Source: Bigelowiella natans CCMP2755
Lineage: Eukaryota > Protista > Cercozoa
Reading direction: 5' to 3'
Length of the DNA stretch: 64,000 nucleotides
Assembly (NCBI GenBank): GCA_000320545.1
Contig: ADNK01002633.1
Span: 22,609 to 86,608, forward strand
The translations under genes were made by a program, and so were the position numbers. The notes beneath the pieces are model-generated. The model made no database searches. It worked only from the letters and a program-made list of their open reading frames with translations, and was not told where the DNA came from. Below, in pieces: positions 1 through 13,491 of the stretch (position 1 is the first letter of the stretch; every line of letters starts with the position of its first letter).

Positions 1-1
1 C

Positions 2-140
2 TCAAATGCTTCTGTTCTTGAGTATAGATAGATTATGTATATTTGCTGTAATAACAGAAGAAGGAGCAAGTAGGATTGCTGGTCTCAATGTTGAAGAAAA
101 ATATGCAGTGACGTCAACCGATGTTTTCAGCACACACACT

Positions 141-182
<42 letters not shown>

Positions 183-810
183 GGGACTGAGTGAAACTTT
201 GAATCGTCCTCCGCGCTTGTGTTCTTTGGAGATTTCTGGAGGTTGTTCGCACATTAGACACTTGATAATGTGTGAGATATCACTGCAAAATACAATAGAT
301 GGAGACTCTCGCGAAGGAAGGTCTGACATTTGGAATGTATGGCAAGTATGCTCGGCGGGGTGTAATTCGATTGATATTGTGTTGGTGAGCATGGTAGTGG
401 TAAACAGCCCCACCTGGCAGCATGATGCTAGGAGAACACCGAACAAATCCTTCCATTTCCATTTGTGTGCGACCTGTGACAATAACCAACACACTCATTA
501 ATATGATTATTGCTATCACTGCTGCTACTACTACAACTACTGCTGCAGAAGTAGCAGTATTGATATTAGGGCAACTTTCGAATCGCTTCTGTAATAATAA
601 TACAGCAGCCTTGACTCTGACTTGTCAGATATGCCTTATTCGTCTTCAAATACATCGCTTGGAAGTAACACGGATGCTGTTGTTGTCGTTGTTCTCGTGT
701 ATTGAGTCTGTACTACTGACCTTCACCAGCAGCAGGCATGCAATGATGCGTGCCAAAAATCCTTAATAGACAGCAAATAAAACAAAATTACATCTACATA
801 CTTTTCTATG

Positions 811-849
<39 letters not shown>

Positions 850-1093
850 GTCAAAAGCAATTTGTTTGTGCTATTTGCAAATCTATGGATGAGCACCAGC
901 ACCCAAGGATTTCGATAGGAACTACTGAGTGCATGTAATTATCAACATGCAATATTGACGTATCTGACCGATTACCTAGTATCCCCATCATGACACAATC
1001 AAAGTACAGCCTAGGAGGGAGGGGGGGGGGGGGGGGGAGCAACATCGGAGGAAGGAGGACGAATTCATTTATAGTAGTAGTAGTAGTAGTGTG

Positions 1094-1126
<33 letters not shown>

Positions 1127-3057
1127 TCTTCCATCACCATCAATTTCTATAAAATAATGGTTGGAAATGATATGTTGGCACTTGTGAATGCTTTCTTGCA
1201 GCAGTAGTACAGCGCTACCTTCCTATTTTATATCCAATAAAATTAGCCCCTCGTTGCACATTTTGCCCTTGATCGACCTAATAGGGATATTTCATGCCAA
1301 CAAGCACGCACGCACACATAGCCTCTTCAATGACACGACTTATGCTGTAAAGTAGCTGAGTGGTAGCAGCAAAGACAAGTGCACGCAGAAGCATACAATA
1401 ATTGCTCAAATCCGGTGAGAAATCCCACACTGTATAGCGCGCGCCGTAGTTCCATATTAGCAATTGCAAAGAATACAATGGGTAGTGCGTGCGTGTTGGT
1501 GTCAATGACACCAACAAGACCATCACCACCACCACCACCACCAACAACAACAACTACTGCTGCTGCTGCTACAACAACCCCTCCTCAACGCGCCTGCAGC
1601 TTTATTAATGTACTAGTATGAATATGGCTACCAGATGCTGTGTGTAGTGAGTGTACGTAGCTTCTCCTGCCCACCGCGTGAATGACAAGTCCCAAACCCA
1701 GCGAATTCCTACAGAATATGACGACGACGCGATAACCAAAAGAGCGCACGCAGTTTCAGGAGAATGCTTTGAATATAATGAATGTGTGCGTGTGTGTGTG
1801 TGTAAGAGAGAGCGAAAGAGAGCGAGAGAGAGAGAGAGAGTTTCAGAAACCGGGGCGCAGTACTACCGTTGGGGATATCAGGAAGCTTTGGTAGCACGCC
1901 GTTGAAAGCAGCGAGTAGCAGCGCGACAACCTGATGAGAGGAAAGAGAAGGAGGAAGAGGATGAGCGGGCGACCTTACTTCGTTGTTGTTGTTTTGTGCT
2001 TGCAGAAGTAAACGGGATTTCTATTGTCATTCCTACTTCTAGTGCCCGCTACGATTCAACTTCGTCATCAATGGTGGCTGGGTAACGATTTATCCGCGGG
2101 GTAGCATGCATAAACTAGAACAGAAGTTAAGCTCTATTCCTACTACTCCTCCTACTACTACTACCATGCACGCCGAATATGCAAAATCGCGGGAGATTCC
2201 TGCCACACGCCGCATTTAGGAGGGGGGGGGGGGGGGTGGAGATCATAATAGGTGTTAAATCGACAACAAGTATCGAAATTTTTACTATTTTGTGTTATGG
2301 CGTGATTCAGTGGACTTGATGAAGCTGTTGATGCTAACGAGGCAAACAGCGCCATCAGTGCTACCACCGACAATGGTGGTGATTAGGATTCTCCACGCAC
2401 TCTATCTACGTCTCCCCACCATTTTTAACACCTCTCATTGCTCGCATATGTCTGCTCATGATAGGTTTGGATGAGCTCAGTTATTATCAGTATTATTGGT
2501 AGTAGCAGTACCGAGAGAAACAATGTACCCAACGCCACTTGAAGCAAATGCTATCGCCAAACAGATCAAGAACCACCCAATGGCGCTTCCAGGATGCCCT
2601 ATCATTGTCAATATAGTCATCGATAAAACATAAATTACTATAATTTTAATTCGGGGTGTATCAGCAGTCAAATACACACACACACACACACACACACGCG
2701 CGCGCGCGCACACACATTAAGCAAGTCTAATGGCGTCGTGGCGCCGTTGATGCCCCGCTGAATTACCAAGGGCAACCCACCATCCGACGAATATGAGCGT
2801 GAAGAAACACAGCGGTAGCATGTTGATCTGCCAGCAGTAAGTTGTACAATCAGTATATCAAGGGCGATAATCAGTAACATCGATGGTATTGGATGCATAT
2901 GTTAGCAGCACTTATTTCGTATCGATAAATAGCAGTAGAACCGTCATCTGCATCGCGCCTTGGAGCCAGATTGGAACCTATCCATTGACGTGTGGTAGTA
3001 GCAGTCGTTAATGATGAGGATGAAGGAAGAAGAACGACAGAGATTAAGAAGAAAATG

Positions 3058-3091
<34 letters not shown>

Positions 3092-3965
3092 GCACACACA
3101 CACACACACATACATATTTTATATATTGATGACTCATTTTAACATAGATCTATTTGTATGATGCATTGTAGATGATATCGGTGATGGCGAGGATGACGAT
3201 GCTCGCGAAAATGCTGGTGACATGGAGACTCTGTACCCCCGCTCGCGCCTCTCTTCTCGTCATCAGAATGTTGCTTTTGAATAACCGGGCTCCGACCTAA
3301 TGCATTTTAACGTCAATTCTAAATCAAAGACCGACGATTCGGCAAATCGATCGTATGTAGTGAATATCTTGCTCAGGAGCGGCGAGAGTAGACAGCCTTG
3401 CGTATTCGTTTTGATTGGTAATGCGTATTTGCGTTTGTGCGTCTGTCAAGAACCTGTCGCTTCATGTTCGTTTTATTATCTCTATTCTCAATAGATATAC
3501 AGATCATTGCATCATCATCCTCATCCTCCTCCTCCGCCTCATCATCATCTTTCCTATAGTATATATCTACACTGCGGTGCACGCATTTCCATAATATTGA
3601 CCATCATCGTGGCGGCCCCCAACGCAACGTTTATGAAGAAGAGTAGCTGCTGGAGACCGATATCCTAGTAACACATACACACACGAGCGTCTGATTGACA
3701 ATGATGACTCTTTTATTAACAGTGGCGATCATAGTAGCTTCATTCATTCCTATACTATATCTGAGATGCGAGTGTGAGATGTGTGTGTGTGTGTGTGTGT
3801 GTTAGTGTGCGTATATATGCAGTAGTGAGGCATTATCCCCCACATTGGGAAGATCGCAGGATAGGAACGGGGGACACCAGGCAGACAAACTGATAAAAAC
3901 AACTATACTTAGTACCAAATAAATACGTCATGTACTTTCATCAAGTTGACTAATATACACACACA

Positions 3966-4005
<40 letters not shown>

Positions 4006-4264
4006 ATATACCCGAGGGGATATACCATATACACATGATGTTGGTGTTGGGGAAAGATTACGTTTCGTCAAGAGGCACTTCATACGTGTCTGATGATTCA
4101 TTGAGCAACAAAGGAACAACACAGGATTGCATGCCGTTGTTATTGATTCACCGCGTCATCGTCCACATCTCCTCCCTCTTCTCATCAAATCGACTGATTG
4201 CTTCGAAAAAGCTCTGCTACTCACCACTAATGTAAGCAATGCATTTCCTCTCCTCCTTAACTAC

Positions 4265-4303
<39 letters not shown>

Positions 4304-4472
4304 TCTCTCGTATGCCTTCATCTGATTACTTGTATAGTTTTCTTGGAGGTAAGGGGTAAAGCCAGTGGAGAGGATGATGGCCATTATGAAGCAAAGGAAG
4401 CCAAATATCTTAAACGACGCCTTATCTCTCATTTGAAGTCGGTATGACCGAGCCATCATCGTTGCCTGTGAG

Positions 4473-4509
<37 letters not shown>

Positions 4510-6208
4510 GGCACGCAGCAGCGGCTCGTAAAGGCTTGCTACAAAACGAATCTGGAGCGTCCATCCCAGGTTGCGCGCGAATACACTGTCACGGACGCAC
4601 ACTAAGTCTTTCGTGATAATGACTGCAAGTAGCAGCAGTAGTAATAGTAGTAGTAGTAGTCGTTTTAGTACCGCAGCCCTGCACAACGACGGAGACCCAC
4701 GCGCTTGCATTGAGTTGTTGCTGCTGCTGTTGTTCGTATCACCATCTTGCTCATGATCATCTCCCTTCTCGTCGCTGCTTTTCCTCTCCGCCGCGAGCGC
4801 CATCTGAAAAGCTTGACGCCGACGCAGCCATTCCTTTGTGGTGTCGGGGTTAGGCGTTGTGCGTAAGTCATCAGATGTTACATTTCGGGTGACGCCACTG
4901 CTTGGAATGGCGGGCTGGCACGTTTTGATTTGATGATGGCGACGAGGACGAAAATGATGATGATGATGATGATGATGGTGATGGTGATGGTGATGGTAAA
5001 ATGCATTTATTGGTATATATCGCCACCTGTCTGAGTTCCGTAGATTTGATTCGGGGAGTTCTATTATTATCAGTAATAAAGCAAAATTAGTAGTAGTAGT
5101 AGTAGTAGTAGTAGTTATAAGGCTTGTTTTTTTAACAAAAGGAGGGAGGAAGGATTTCTTATTCGTGTGTATGCTGTGCTAGAAGTGCTACTTCGGTATA
5201 TGGAAAGTGAGCACACTATTAGCTCAGCCAAAGTACGACATAGCAGCGAGTATTACTTCTAGTATTCTCTTACGTGCAAAAGAATGTTGTTGTTGTTGTT
5301 GTTGTTGTTGTGTACGCTGTAAATTACCTGCGTTCTTTCGCTTCCAAGTGGTCAAAAACGCCTAAGATTATCGTTATCAATATCATTATCGTCACTATCA
5401 GTTTTACCTTAATCACGCAGTTTGCATTGATGTACACATACAGATTTAGCACTGGCTCTTGAAATTATGAATAGTTTCAAGCCCCCATCCCCCCCCCCCC
5501 TTATTCCCCTCCCTGCGACACACGCACACACTCTAAGTGAGAGCGAATAAAACGCGTGCATTTTTGAGCAGAAGAGTTATTTTCACCAGAAACGATATCC
5601 AATATGTGATTGGCTGGGTTGTTTCTTGTTGCACACCTAATGATGAAAATGATGATGATGATGACAATGATAACGATGCTGATGGCTATGATGACGATGG
5701 AAAGTCCATGCTGTGCTCTAGCACCAACCCCATTGAATGTCTTAAACAGGCTCAAAGAAAACAAGACGCCGTCCCTAGGTACAGATGTCATTCTATGTGC
5801 GTCACATTTTCTCTCGACATGAGTTTCATGCCTGACGTATTTAAAAAAATGGGAATGGCAAGTCCTCACTGAAGCACAGGATCCATCTTGGCGAAATATG
5901 GGGCAGCCTAATGCCAACAAGGCAGAAAACGGAGAGACAGATTTTGAAAGTGCCTTATGCTCTTATGCAAGCAGCAGCATGTACGCACAGCATCGCCAGC
6001 AGCGTTATATTCGCTATCGTTCTACCTTCAGGGCTGGGCCGAAGTAGCAGCATGAACCGACCCCCTTGCTTTTACTTAGAAGCAATACCTTCATCAAAAC
6101 CACAAAATCAGCAGCAATAGAGAGCACCTAGGTGTGACTTTCAGATGTTTTTTTAAGTATATAAACAGATTCTATTAGCATCATTATCATCATCATCATC
6201 ACCATCAT

Positions 6209-6250
<42 letters not shown>

Positions 6251-7046
6251 GCAATTCTCGATGCTGCTGCTGCTGCACTGCCTGTCGGTGAGGAGTATGT
6301 TCCGAAAAATGGACGCAACGAGTACCTTGTTAAACTGGGAGAAACTCTCATATCTAGGCTGGTGGATTACCATGATAATACACCTATTGCGTGTGGCGGA
6401 GGAGGAGGAGGAGGAGGGAGGAGGATCAACTAGTGATAATCACGACGAGTACGATAAATCCTTCAGAGAAAGATACACAAAAGCACACACACACACACAC
6501 ACACACACAAATACAAACACAATACTGCGACGATCGAAAATGCACTCGCGCATATCAGCGACGGCATTATTATGTGCCCACTATCTTCCAGCGGGGCACA
6601 CTGTCAGCATGCAACGGCGCTGCTGCCTTTTCCCACTGCTACCCATCCAAATAACAGCACCTTCCTCCGGCCGCAAGTTTGGATAAGATCCCAATGATTT
6701 CTTCGGAGGCACTGATTGGTGTTCGCAAAAAGCAAATCGTTTCGAAATCCACTGGCAAAACATGCTACTCGCTCTATCACAGTTTTGGAAGACAGCTCGA
6801 TCAACTCTACTTTAGAACGCTTGGAAGTATGAGGATTTAGCATGCAATGGCGACTCCCTACTGCTGCTGATTTGTACACTACCGCACCTACCTCGCATCT
6901 AGTCCCGAAGTGGGCTCGTCGAGGAAGAGAACAGAGGGGTTTGCAACAAGTTCCATTGCTATGTTCACACGCTTCTTCTCTCCCCCAGACAAGCCTCTTC
7001 GGTATTCGTCACCAATTGCGGTGTTCTACAGAAGGATATATGCATG

Positions 7047-7085
<39 letters not shown>

Positions 7086-7939
7086 TATTTGTGACTTGAA
7101 ACTATTAGTGACGCAGGACACTTTAATAACGGTGCATGTGTATCGTATTCATAAGCTTTATAATCACAGTGGGAAAGAAGATAGAGAGCATACCATGTAT
7201 TAACCTATACACCCGCACCCGGCTAGACACGCACATACAAAAATACACACATATGGCTTGCTTTAACAGATGCGCGCTACAACTCATAACACCTGCCGTT
7301 CCAATATCCCAAGATCAAAAAGCACATTCGATACGATTTCTCTAATATCTTCCTGTAGAAGGAGATGGCGGAGAAAGAGGGTTAGGGTTAGGGTTAGGCG
7401 GATGAAAGCGAAGAGTTATAGTTTGGTGTTATCCGCGTCTCCTATCTGCACACGCGCACGCGAAAGCAGCAATGCACAGCCTGTTAAATGCGAGAAGTAC
7501 ACGACTACTATTTTCAAGGTATGACTATAGTCCTGAGGAGAAGGATCGTGGATTTTGCTGGTTTTGTCGTTTTGATGTGCCTGATGGTGGTGGTGGTGGT
7601 AGTGCTTACGGCGGAGTAAGAAGCAGGAAGTCTTGTCTTCGCGCAATATGTCAATATCTCTCGCGGAGTGAGGAGGCTATCCATAATATCGTCTTGAGGA
7701 ACGAAGCCGATCTAACCACACCATAGATAAACAGCATAATTCAGACATTGCTTGTTAGACCTATCACCATCTAGTGCCACGACTGGTAGGCGATAATAGT
7801 AAAGCTTTACCAAGTCGTTTTATCGATCGGTTTTCACAGAGACGAGAAGTCCCTCATCACGTGTTTGTGCGTGTGATTGTGTGTCCCTATCTACCCGCAC
7901 AGAAGATCCCGGGAGAAAATAGAGAGGGAGAGGGGGAAA

Positions 7940-7984
<45 letters not shown>

Positions 7985-8159
7985 AGGGAGAGGGAGAGAG
8001 AGGGGGAGGGAGAGATGGAGAGACGAGGAAGGGGAAATGTTGGAGCACCATTCTTTTGACTTTTGATTGTGCAGTACGAGACATCTCTCCGTTGATCTCC
8101 TACACAAACACAGAGCCGAGAGGGCGAGGAAGAGAGAGATAGAGATAGATAGATAGATT

Positions 8160-8236
<77 letters not shown>

Positions 8237-9500
8237 GGAGAGCAAAGAAAAACAATACTGACTCTACAAAATATACTGGAAACTTAAAAATCGTCTTCTC
8301 TGCCAGGTGGATTAGGACGATGATAATAATCAAGGCACTGCAGCAAGAATTGAGAGACAATGCGCCGAACATGACGAAAAACACCGCGGTAGTTGTACGG
8401 TGAGGCCTAAAAGAGTGTACGGGTTGAAGAAAATTACTCTATTATTACTATTTCTATTACCACAGTCCCTTGGTATGGAATAGTTCCCATAAGAGCGTTC
8501 ATAATCGTAGATTTCCCCGCACCGGAAGGACCCATGATGGCCGTGACCTCACCAGCATTGAAAGTAGCACTAACACCCAGAAACATGGCAGCATACCATC
8601 AGGGAAAAAGACGCTGATTAAACGCGGATTTATCAAAACGGGGCACAACTGCGTACACTGCTGCTGAAAAATGCTTTATATGCATTTGTGCGTGCATGCC
8701 CGCGGTGTGGTAGTTGTACTTTAGAGATTCGAGGATTCGCTTTTCGCCGACGCTTACGGTGAGATCGGTTGCCTGCCGTTATGTTAGAAGAAGGCGTGAC
8801 GATAATGACATATTGAAAATAACACAAAGGAAAATTCACTGCAAACTCACGATGGAGCAAGAAACTCTGTCGTACCACGAATGTCGTATATCACAAAACA
8901 AATGAATGACGACCCCCTCGAGCGTAGGGATTTACTATTTATTGTGAAAGAAGATTGCTTCTATTAACAGGATTTCGTTGAAGTACGACCTTGAAGTTTA
9001 TGCGTTGGAATGAGTCGGTATTCTGTTTCTGCTCATTGACGACTACTTTTTCTTCCGGAGGGAATGACGTCTGCTGTTTTCTTTTTAGTGGTCACAATAA
9101 CTTCACGTGAGTATGGAAATCATCGTTCAAGCTGCCATAAAACATGCATGTAATAAGGTGTAGTACAGCTTGCTTGCTCCTTCATCGAATTGCGCGTATT
9201 TATCTGCTAATGAGTTGTTTACGTACATGAGCACAAAAATGATGACCGAAGCGACAATTGACACCACCAACAGCAGCGGCGCGATCTGAGTTTTTAAAAA
9301 AATACTCTATCCATCAAATAATAGCCTCATCATCACAAAACAAACCATGTTTTGCTGGACGAGAAACACATACAAACAATGTCGGACAAAGCATCAAATT
9401 TGCGTGCGAAATGGTAGTCACGAGCAAAGACACTTCGAGGATAAATAATACTACTACTAGTCGCATTTTTGAGATCGTGAAATGACCCCCCAAACCCACG

Positions 9501-9532
<32 letters not shown>

Positions 9533-9893
9533 CTCTTGGAATAAGACAAATTTATTTTCTATAACTGGACGACCTGTATGTACGCCCCTTCGTCGCATGA
9601 CGCGCCAACATCACAAGTAACGCCCTCTAAGAAAGTCAAAATAAGGCGCGTTTCAGCTGCTAGCAACATCTCCGCCATCAATTTTTACAAATGGCCAAAT
9701 GCAGATGTTTACAGGTCTGCGCATTACCTGTCGAGTATTCGTCGCACCACTTGCCGCTAGCGCAAGTCTCAGCGTTGCGTGGCGTGTCGCATGCCACGCC
9801 CTGTGAGAGTGCAGAGAATCAAGGGATGGGTGGTGGTGATCGCAAACTAACACATATTTACCAAGAGGTAGGAAAGGAAAAGCGACGCCGAGG

Positions 9894-9937
<44 letters not shown>

Positions 9938-10880
9938 GAGACTTGCATGGAAAATGGTATTGATCTATAAAGATAAACAGCATGAAGCACAGAAAATCAT
10001 CATAACATCCATTTCTGCCCTAGCTTTCTGTTGTAAACTTAGTTTCAAGTAATGCTCTTTCGTCCCCCCCCCCCCCTCCCTTACTCACCAAAGGACATGG
10101 GTTGTCGCGAAACAGTTCGCTGTCTCCCCCCGCAGTTACAGCGAACTATTTGAATTGGCCAGGACAGCAGTGAGTCGCAAATACATCGTATGTGTTGACT
10201 GCTACATGGCTAATTTATGTACGATGGGGAATCAAATTGTTGATTTTTACATTGCTTGGATCCGCACAGAAGTACCCTGAGAATATGTGTACATAATTCA
10301 TCGCAGTTCATGTATTATTTGTATTAATCGTAGTGTATGTAGTATTTGTACACAACTACTGCAACAACTGCAAGAACAACTGCTACAACTGCTACGGCCC
10401 CTCTTTACTGCTATCTACTACCTTGCGGACACTGTATGGTCACATTAGGGCAGGAGTTCTGGTGCCAACAATCGAAGCTGTAACATCGGAAGAGGAAGAG
10501 GAAGAAGGAGGAGACGACGACGAGCACGGAACGAATGACATATTTCAGAAATGACACCCACACTACATATCTACTGCCTGTAAGAAGTGTGCCCCCATTG
10601 GCATCTGGCGATAATTCCGATCCCAACCCTCCAGTAGAAAAAGAGGGTTTTGCCCGCCTTCGCGCATACTCATCACACATGTAACGACGGTTACCCTTGG
10701 GGACATGTGTAGGAAGCATAGCCAGTTAAATTGCCTAGAGAAAAAAGAATGAAAGGCTCATTAGGAAAAACGGGTATGTGTGAGCAGCTATGGAGAGTCG
10801 CTTAAGTATTTTATACCAAGAAGGCCCGTTGTGGGAAGAACGACGGTAAGAAGCAGCCAGAAGACTCTTGATCTCAGCAT
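2..10880 (-). CDS. ABCG-family half transporter with signal peptide, Cys-rich ectodomain and extra TM helix before the NBD (ABCG24/28-like architecture), ~40 exons
   Basis: Phase-consistent hand-spliced exons. Exon 1 (10817-10880) [22 protein letters not shown]; CPQG-FDCW / CPQG-YFC / CPL-GVAC / CASGKWC repeats; [24 protein letters not shown]; Walker [10 protein letters not shown] (8461-8569); Q-loop IGFVPQDD (7610-7711); signature+Walker [33 protein letters not shown] (6892-7025); H-loop VIHQPR (6326-6383); NPANHILD; TMD exons 4465 to 721 including [12 protein letters not shown]. Probable last exon 2-45 ends in TGA; splicing of the last 2-3 exons is less certain. Confidence 0.93.
7919..8240. 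repeat. Intronic (AG)n/(AGGG)n microsatellite tracts flanking a 51-nt ABCG exon
   Basis: Directly visible; representative of the (CA)n, (AG)n, (TA)n, (TAG)n, (CAT)n and poly-G/C tracts found in many introns of the window. Confidence 0.95.
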
Positions 10881-11671
10881 CCCTTATTACCAACGATGAG
10901 ATGGATCAGCAGGTTGACGAACACAAGAATATTCTATCTGTATCCCCTTTTGTCTCCTGTTCAGCCCCATATTACTCACCTCGATATAATGGAGATCTCG
11001 GAAGAGATGGGAGGGGCAACTCGACCCTTCCTTGTTCCGTTATTTTTTGAGTTCAAATCTAGACTAAATTTTGGGCGAATAAGATTTTTAATTTAGGATA
11101 TATCCACGGTATCGAATTCCGAACGATCGCTTCCACCAAAACAATAACAAAACAACACCATTCTAATTTGCGGCGCTCTTTTCGAAATATCTTGGGCAAT
11201 ATTTGATCTAAAAGTATTTATTCGAAAAACGGTTGGTTCTATCTTCCCAGTTGAACAGAAGTATCGAATTATACAGCTGCGACAAGACCAGAAAACGATT
11301 TTTTTTTTGAATCCAAAGCAATTTTCTTAATTCATGGGAGAAAATGTTAGTATTTAAGACAGACTGAAAACCGGTAACGCTCCTCCTCCTTGGGGCGTTA
11401 CCCTATCCCTGGTTTGTTGGCATCTGCCTACTACGTACCCCTTTTCTTTAAGTGCAGCAAATCGCGCTTGATTGCAACGAGAGCCTTCACCAGGCTTCCT
11501 GGACGAAGAGTTTCAAGACTCGAGTCTTATTTTTTTGAGATACATTTGTAATTACTATCTCGATTGCGCTTTCGTGCGGTTTCAATATTGCCAACGTTCT
11601 CATCTTTCCTTTGCTGGTAGAATGGCGGGACTTGATAACTGAGGAGGCAGCGGAGAGCTAGGAGAATTGTC
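10881..11671. promoter_or_regulatory. Divergent intergenic region between ABCG and the giant RGS-PPR gene; possible 42-nt 5'UTR intron at 10938-10979 (-)
   Basis: Head-to-head ATGs, no microsatellites, AT-rich; GTGAGT...CAG pair on the minus strand. Confidence 0.4.
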
Positions 11672-13129
11672 ATGTCACACCTGAAGGAGTCGCTTCTTCG
11701 TTCCTCTTTCGAGGCTTCCAAGCCGGTTTGTTTGTCGTTGCTGCATCACTCGTCGCAAATAAACATCAAAACACCACCAATAGATAACAACCCTCTACGT
11801 CATTTCACAATACAACTCTCTGTGACTTCAATATAGTTAAATCCTAGCATTCCTAATGTTTTTCCATCTTTTAAAACTTGGTTCTCCCCCCCCCCCCTCT
11901 GTAGAGGAAGACGTCGTATAAACAGCCTGAATGGGACACGACCCAAGTTGATTATGTGAGGAGCCTCACATGTCCTCACGAAGGCCTCAAGTATCACAAT
12001 AAACATTTATGCCACTACTGCCTGGCTATCCACGCAGCGAATGAAAACGCCCCGGGACTATCGGTAGAGCCGCTCCCCACTTTACTTTCGAGAAAACAGC
12101 GATCCTGTTTGGAGATCTTTGCGCTCAGTTTTTATCTGTTTTTGTTATTGCTTGCATCGATTCACGTGTAGATTCTTGTATATGTCAACTGTGCTTTTAG
12201 TTTAATATCTTACATTTTGAATTTTATTAACTGCTCAGATGAAGTTCGGGTCCAGAGAATACAAAGTATGCATTTGTTAGTGTGGAGGGATTCTCGCTGT
12301 GCGCCTCAATAGCGTCTTTTTTTTGTTTTTTAATTCATATACATCGGAAATGTAAACGCTGATACGATATTTCTTGCTATTTTTTAACTTTCCTTTTTCG
12401 GGTATTCGGTATACAGGGGCGTCTCAAGTTTCCTCGAAAGGCAGAGGTGATGTTTTAATGAGAAAGAATTGCGTTAGCATGCAAAGGAGGGGTTGGTTAG
12501 AGAACAAACTTCAATATATATCAACTTGAAGGTGTACTCATTGACTCATACCTATCGGTGGTTTTTGATGAACTCCTTAGGTTCCATTGCAAAGTCGCTT
12601 GAACAAGAGCTTCATGATGCGTCGCCTCCAAAAGAATAAAATGTAACTAACAATCGATCTCCAAATTATTAAGAAAATACAACGTCTAAACATGATATAT
12701 TGCAAGCGAATATGCGACGTTGTTGTTGTTGTTGTTGCGATTGCGTATTGTTGAGTTGCTCGACACTGTCATTATCATCATCATCATCATCATCAGCATC
12801 ATCGTCCTCATCATCAGCATTGCCATCATTGCACTTCATAGGGAGACAAAAGCACTAGCAGAACAATACCGGCAAAGAGCGATAAACTACAAAGACTCGG
12901 TAGATAGTAACAGCATCATCAACAATTGTCCACTGCGAGATATATATTGGGAGAAGCTATAGGGAGAGAGAATTTAATCTAATAACGTTTTGGTGAAAGG
13001 CGAATAATGACTACCCTGAAGTCGGAAGGCAAGTTGAAGTCAATATGAATGCAGAAGGGGTAACAAGATGACAATAGTATTATTATTTAGGTAGAAGGAT
13101 GTTCTGCTTCCGTCACACGCACTAATAAT

Positions 13130-13164
<35 letters not shown>

Positions 13165-13177
13165 AACACACAGACAG

Positions 13178-13222
<45 letters not shown>

Positions 13223-13430
13223 ACAAACAGACGCTTTTGCCACTGATATATGCTTGGGGCAGCATCACTGACATATCATCAAATGCTGATCGCAGTCACA
13301 GAGAGTCTGGGTACCCGCCACAATCAACACGTGCACGCAGGTGGCCTTTTTGTCGTTCAAGCAGATAAATAAAATTGAGAAAGAAAGATTTCTACTGTTT
13401 TCTTCTCACTGCCTGCCGGCAAATATATAT

Positions 13431-13491
<61 letters not shown>

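Noticed and set aside
7378-7398. TTAGGG telomere-like repeats (also ~50490-50510)
   Set aside because: Only about 3 units, one tract imperfect, inside genes; too short to indicate a telomere or fusion site.
7774-8403. Numerous ORFs rich in RERE, SLSL, HTHT, CVCV, YIYI (here and throughout the window)
   Set aside because: Translations of intronic microsatellites.
1278-8670. ABCG looked like a frameshifted pseudogene or an insertion-edited gene (odd pieces at 7520-7580, 8570-8665, 6560-6625, 2300-2400)
   Set aside because: Those pieces are intronic. Alternative exons (7293-7352, 8461-8569, 6661-6711, 2165-2199, 4062-4089) give an intact in-phase protein.
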